64,000 nucleotides of DNA from Amphiscolops sp. MND2022. Its lineage: Eukaryota. A program made the position numbers and the translations under genes. The notes under the pieces were generated by a model that saw only the letters and a list, made by a program, of their open reading frames with translations, was not told the origin of the DNA and made no database searches. Positions within the stretch are counted from its first letter, which is position 1. The number at the start of each line of letters is the position of its first letter. This document shows, piece after piece, positions 58,687 to 64,000 of this stretch. The stretch covers positions 59,584,001 through 59,648,000 of the forward strand of contig OZ076409.1 in NCBI GenBank assembly GCA_964187785.1, written 5' to 3'.

Positions 58687-59546
58687 TACTAAGCCACAAA
58701 TTGTTCACGCTACCAGTCAAGACACGAGATTCTGAATTTCAAAACTGTGTCTAGCTTAAACCAACACTTCAAAGAGTGATAGTGTAGCTTGTAATGCTAA
58801 AAGTAGCAAAGTGATTATAAACAATACTATTGCTCATTTCGCAAGTTATCTATAATTTTAAGACTCCTGATGATATTCATCTTTGTGAATTCTAGAGATT
58901 TGTGTAAAGCAGGAGAGAACAAGATCTTATCAAAGCTCCACCCTTGTTGGATCTGCTTGAACGTCTTACCTTTTACCGCGATTTCAATGCAACTAAACTT
59001 CAGTCACATTATAAGTTTGAAAGTAGTGCCATATTCAGCGTGCTATTTGACTAACGGCGATTACATAAGGTACTCACTTGAGAAAACTAAGCTTGTAAAC
59101 TGAGTGATCGCGGTGGTGAAGAAGGGGAAATGTTTTCACTTTTAAATCAAATAGCGGAGGCTGCATTGTAATCCTACAACTGTTTCTATGCAGGCTCCCG
59201 GAATTAATCATATTTTGTAACAAATTAGCCTGCATGTTTCCATGCAGCATGTAAAAAGTTCAAGCAATCTCGACTAGGGCATAGAATTAATGGAATAACG
59301 GAAGAATTAACAAGGTATGTGCAGGCAGTCCAGCCTTCGAAGATGTTTTCTACTGAGTATGTTATGCTAATACAGAACCAGCGTAAAATAATCCCTATAA
59401 ACCTCAGTATATGGTCAGCTTGTAACCATAAACCTGTGAGACCAGTATATGACCAACTTGATATCTTTCTGCATTAGACCCAAACCATTCCCTGAAACAA
59501 ATATTTACTGAAATCAGCATGTTTATCGGTCAATCGATGAAACATC

Positions 59547-60150
59547 TCAATTACCAAAAAAAAACGGATTAGGTTTCAGTTGCGATAAACTAATGTAAGG
59601 AACTGTGTCCGTGTGATCCCTCAGATCACAAGCAGACCTGGAGTCCTTCTTTGTTAAATTCGCATTTGCGTTTTCCCATACATTTCCAATTCCTTCTTCA
59701 TTTGTGGACGCACACGGCTCAACGACATGTTGGTTCAAAGGCAAGTTTTCCACCTTGTTGTGTATTTCTGGAATATTCCTCTCGCTTATAGCAGAACTAA
59801 TGGCTCTACTAATTCGAGTATGCATTACGTCCATCATTGTCTTCATTTCCCGAGACATTCTAGCATTCATGTCTCCTGATAGCATGTTGATCGACTCTAT
59901 TAGTATACTCTCCCTAACAGTCTCATTTCCACTGTCAATGTCTCTAAATTCTTTCTCTGAAGAATAATTTTCTCTATTAGGGAAGGACTGAAAGTCTTGT
60001 CGCCTTTCAGGGACATTAATGAGACTGTCCAATTCTCTTTCTATGGAGTTGGAATTTCCATCACCTAACATTACATCCATATTGCCATAATCGGACAACA
60101 TATCTAACTCCCTTGACTTTCTTGCCTTAGCGTTTTGTTTTTTTGTGGAA
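59547..60150 (-). CDS. Hypothetical 184+ aa helical protein, probably transposon-borne
   Basis: ORF 60101..59547, extendable upstream to PSTKKQNAKARKSRELD; protein-like composition; its 3' end runs across a tgtaagg motif at 59594 resembling an LTR terminus. Confidence 0.4.
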
Positions 60151-63100
60151 GGTAATTAAAATATTCTTCCAGGAGGAAATATTTGAATTGTTCCTGTAGA
60201 CAAGATAAACAAACTGGGTTTTACAGTGAATCTCGTACAACTTGTATAAGAGCAACTGAACAGTAACCGTATATTTATCAATTGTGTCCTCAAGGCCCAA
60301 CTTGGACATATTTCTACCCAAGCGGGCTTGACACTCATAACTTTAACGGTCATGATACAATAAATAGCACAAAGGCTAAGAATAGTTACATCATGACTAT
60401 AAATACCAACATGACGTCACTGTAGACTTGTGCGGGCGGTTAGATCAAAGCGCCTGACAAGGACACAGGGCGTATAGGTCAAATTGTTTACAAGCGTAAT
60501 TTCATGTAAGATACAATTTTACATGCATAACAATTCATGTTGAACCTGTACGGCTCATGACCGCAAGGGATCACTTAGATTCACCCCATTGTAGGAAGAG
60601 AGGGGCAACACTACATGTTGACATTTACATGAGGTTGAATATTCTGCAATTCATAGCATATATTTCATTGGGACATTATGATAGGTGGCATCAATTTCAT
60701 ATTAGTTCTGAGGAATGGAAGTACTCATTTAGCCGCCTGGCCGTATCAGGCCTTATTTCCATATCATGACAGCTTTAGCATCGTTTTGACAAGTAAGGCT
60801 AATTAGTTATAAGGGCCGTACTCGTTTTGTTCTATTCTTTCAAAAAAAGCACGGCATATCAACAAATTGCAAAAAGACCGCCTTGGCCAAGTGGCCGTGC
60901 CGGTCCATTCCGATTAGTAAATGAACACATCATAGCAACTATAAATATGGCTAGAAAAGCTCTGATTGGCTAATTCGCCGTGTGCGGCTAATCTAGCTAT
61001 ACTGAAGAGGCAAACATTTGAACTCGTTTCCTTTCTGCCTGTCAGTATAGCTTGCTGTCAAATATCAACTGCACTACATATAGAAACACATAAATTGATT
61101 TACATGTGTTGAAAACGTTGAAAAATAAAGGTGTTTTCAAGTTTATTAACAATTGCAGTTATATGGGCAATGTTCCGGGTAGGGCGATAAGTAGGCTGTG
61201 GTCAATGGTGTAGAAATTGCCATCGCAGGCGGCGCCTGCGACACTCCCCCTGAAGGAGCAAAAATGTGCAACTTGCATTCCTTCTATGAAGGCTCTCTTG
61301 CGTGCCTCGACTTCCCCCGGAATAGCCGTCTTGTCCAGAAAATCCTATACTGTTTCTTGCTGTATCTGCATCGTTGACTTTCCACAGATCACACAGTCCG
61401 AGCAATTCACTAAAGGCCCAGTTCCACTAAGCTCCATACCTTGGAAGTGATTTGTAATCCCGTCCAATGATTGCTGTGGCTCTGAATATTTGGCATTATT
61501 AGGGTAGAAACTATTACTTGGTCATCTTTTTTCAGGAGGGGGCGACATAAGAGTGTCTACCAATGGAGTTAATTAACTGCGTAATTTTATCGGATGGTTA
61601 TTTCGTATGCGGCCAACGCGCCTTATCGGTGCATTTCCTTTTCCCAAAGAGAAGAAAGACTGATCTGGGACGGATTTTGGGCTGTGTTCCGATTTAGCCT
61701 TTCCGCATCTAGACAGCTTGTCCAATAAGTTAGTACAGTCCATTTTCGATGTAGAAGGCCCAGGGACTGGTATAGGCGCCGATATTTGCATTTCGACGCA
61801 CTGTGCCATCATCATGATTTCATTGTCGTATTCTTCATCTTCTCACGATTTGTTGAAGATCCATTACGGACGTTGTACTAAGTCCGTGCATTTCCTCCTC
61901 TTCATCGCTGGATAGACCAATTCTATTCTTCGAGAAGCGGCGCCACAGAAGTCTTGCGGGTATCTTTCGGCCATGTATCTCAATTTTATTAGTTTTTTTG
62001 CAATTTTATTGGAGACTGAAATCAACTTTCTAAATTGTAGTTGTAAGAATCAACTGTACTTGTAGGCTTTAGGAGAGAGAATGATAATATCCTCTTTTTG
62101 ATTTTGTTTGAGATTTTCTTCAAGACTCTTGATTCTTTTCCCGGGTTTTCGTCTTTCCCGGTAATCGTTCGTATTGATAAATTCTTCCAAACACCCTTTG
62201 ATGACTTCAATAGGCCGCTTTATTTTCATTATCATTTCAGTCATTTGCCTAAGGCGGCAAGGAGTCATCAATGACACCCTCAAGTGTTTATCAGCTCTTG
62301 ATATCCACTCGAGACTTTCAGGAGGTAATAGTCAAGATTTAGGGCCACGCGCGGCACATCACCGCGACAACCAAAAGGAGTCGTTCGTACTGCCCGCATC
62401 TCAAAATGGCGGACAAAGTAATAATATTCGAAATAAGGAACTAAATAAAATAGAATAATAATTGTAAAAATAATGAATCCATGATAAAATGGAAGTTTCG
62501 AGGGATATAATACCTGTAGGTTTCTGTGGCAGATTCCACCCACAAAATAATAACCGTAACTGTTTTAACATTTGGCATCAAATTCAGTTTGCCACGATCA
62601 CCAACATTGCTTTCATAATCGTCTTTCAATTTTCCTAATCATCAATTGTTACATTAATCAGTTCTGTTATCATTTCCGTACTTTCAAGTCTCTAGTTAGT
62701 CGTATAGTCATTTTAGTCTTCCTTACATTTTACTCTTCTTACTGTCAAGTTTCCAGTATTTTATCACCTGCATCTTCTGGTCGTACAAGGACTATGGACA
62801 ACTCTGCCGTATTTAGTTGGAAGTACTTTTAGTGACCTCGCTTCCTCCTTTCTCGAATCGGCATTGTACTGGATTGGGGTTCACTAGTCTTTGCATCAAT
62901 TACTCCTTCTGGACAACACTCAATTCAAGCTTCTTGCAACAACAGGTTAGCTATCTGGTCTTTGTTTCATTTTAAACGGAAAAATATGTTTGATCAGGAC
63001 CTGTTCATGCTCATATTTCTTCCTGTCCATTTGTTCAAGGTAGCATAAGCATTTTGCCATATATTTCATTTTCACTTCTAGAAGATTTGTAAAGCGGTCT

Positions 63101-64000
63101 CATAGAATTATACTCATGAAGTCACCCACTAAAAATCATCTCTTTCCGTTTAGACATGTCTAGTGAAGAAAACCTAGTGAAGAATCCATCAATCCTGTGA
63201 CTGCCCCAGATGGTGAGAAACAAGAAGTGCTTCAAGAAGTGATTGAGCCCGAAAAGTAAACTCGGCCAAAATCTCAGGCGTCTAATTCAAGTTGTTCCAC
63301 AGATGAAAGCGTTACTACCTTCATTGAGCCGGACAGTCTCTCAGTTTCCATCCTGCCAAACTGCACTCCTCGATCCCGTACCTGAGGAAAGTCTTCGTTC
63401 AGCTGCCAAGAGTTCTGAGTCGGAGCCTTTACTGGTTACTGTGGTACCTCCGCTGTCCACGGCCAATCCGGATGTCGAAGAGACTCAATCAGAGATCCAT
63501 GATCATTATACTCCGAAACTAGCCACCCAGGCGAGCTGTACAATAGTTCTGGAGTTGATTTGCCCTCCGCCAAACAAGCTCTTTCACCCTCGACCCTGAC
63601 ATATTTCCAGGTTTTGACGAAGAGCTTCAACGTTCATCAGGAAATAGTGATGCAGAGCATGCCCCTTACTGCACCAAGGTATTTTCTACTGAGAGGATCT
63701 TGTCGCCATCTGGAGAGAAGTGATACGCAAAGTTTTCATCAAAAACGTCCCAGTCGAACTGCTTGCTGGTCATTCAACTGTTGCCTTCAGTGAAAGACAG
63801 GTCCATGTCTTGGGGACCTTTGCTGACGAATCGGTACTCTCATCGTTTCACATGATATGAAGTCATTGTTGGTAAAAGTAACTGAAGGGATTCCATTGAA
63901 TAAACGCCCTTCTCTTAATATTCCTCGAAGATCAGCTACACCTGGCCCTGGGTAAGAATCCAGCTCTGGAGGAGAAAGCACAGGGACCAACAACGAGGGC
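59594..64000. mobile_element. Decayed large element with several interrupted accessory ORFs, possibly the end of an LTR retrotransposon
   Basis: Intronless broken frames on both strands (e.g. minus CSDCVICGKS...RKRAFIEGM...AACDGNFYT at ~61430-61200; minus 63993..63787); TG start at 59594; no Gag/Pol motif inside the window. Confidence 0.35.

Overview
AT-rich, repeat-dense eukaryotic (animal-like) DNA with short GT-AG introns of about 50-80 bp; the repeat landscape is reminiscent of acoel worms, but that is only an impression. Two host genes diverge from each other. (1) A 4-coding-exon casein kinase 1 delta/epsilon on the minus strand (15140..11481, 442 aa). (2) A fragmented plus-strand gene that the ORF track catches only in scattered pieces (about 35952..57858, about 16 exons). 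It encodes a highly divergent soluble-guanylate-cyclase-like protein: an H-NOX domain with the proximal His, Pro and Y-x-T-x-R heme motif retained, then PAS/H-NOBA, coiled coil, a cyclase-homology domain that appears to have lost the catalytic residues of both the alpha and beta types, and a C-terminal extension. Between the genes lie two decayed LINEs, a cluster of Mutator-like fold-back MITEs and a 6 x ~1.84 kb tandem array. The array and most of these MITEs share a ~190 bp hairpin-rich module. A young BEL/Pao LTR element with 133-bp LTRs and a deleted RT sits in an intron of the cyclase-like gene. Also present: four hAT derivatives, two CACTA-like MITEs, a Tc1/mariner MITE, many Helentron/HINE-like repeats and a decayed, probably LTR-type element at the right end.
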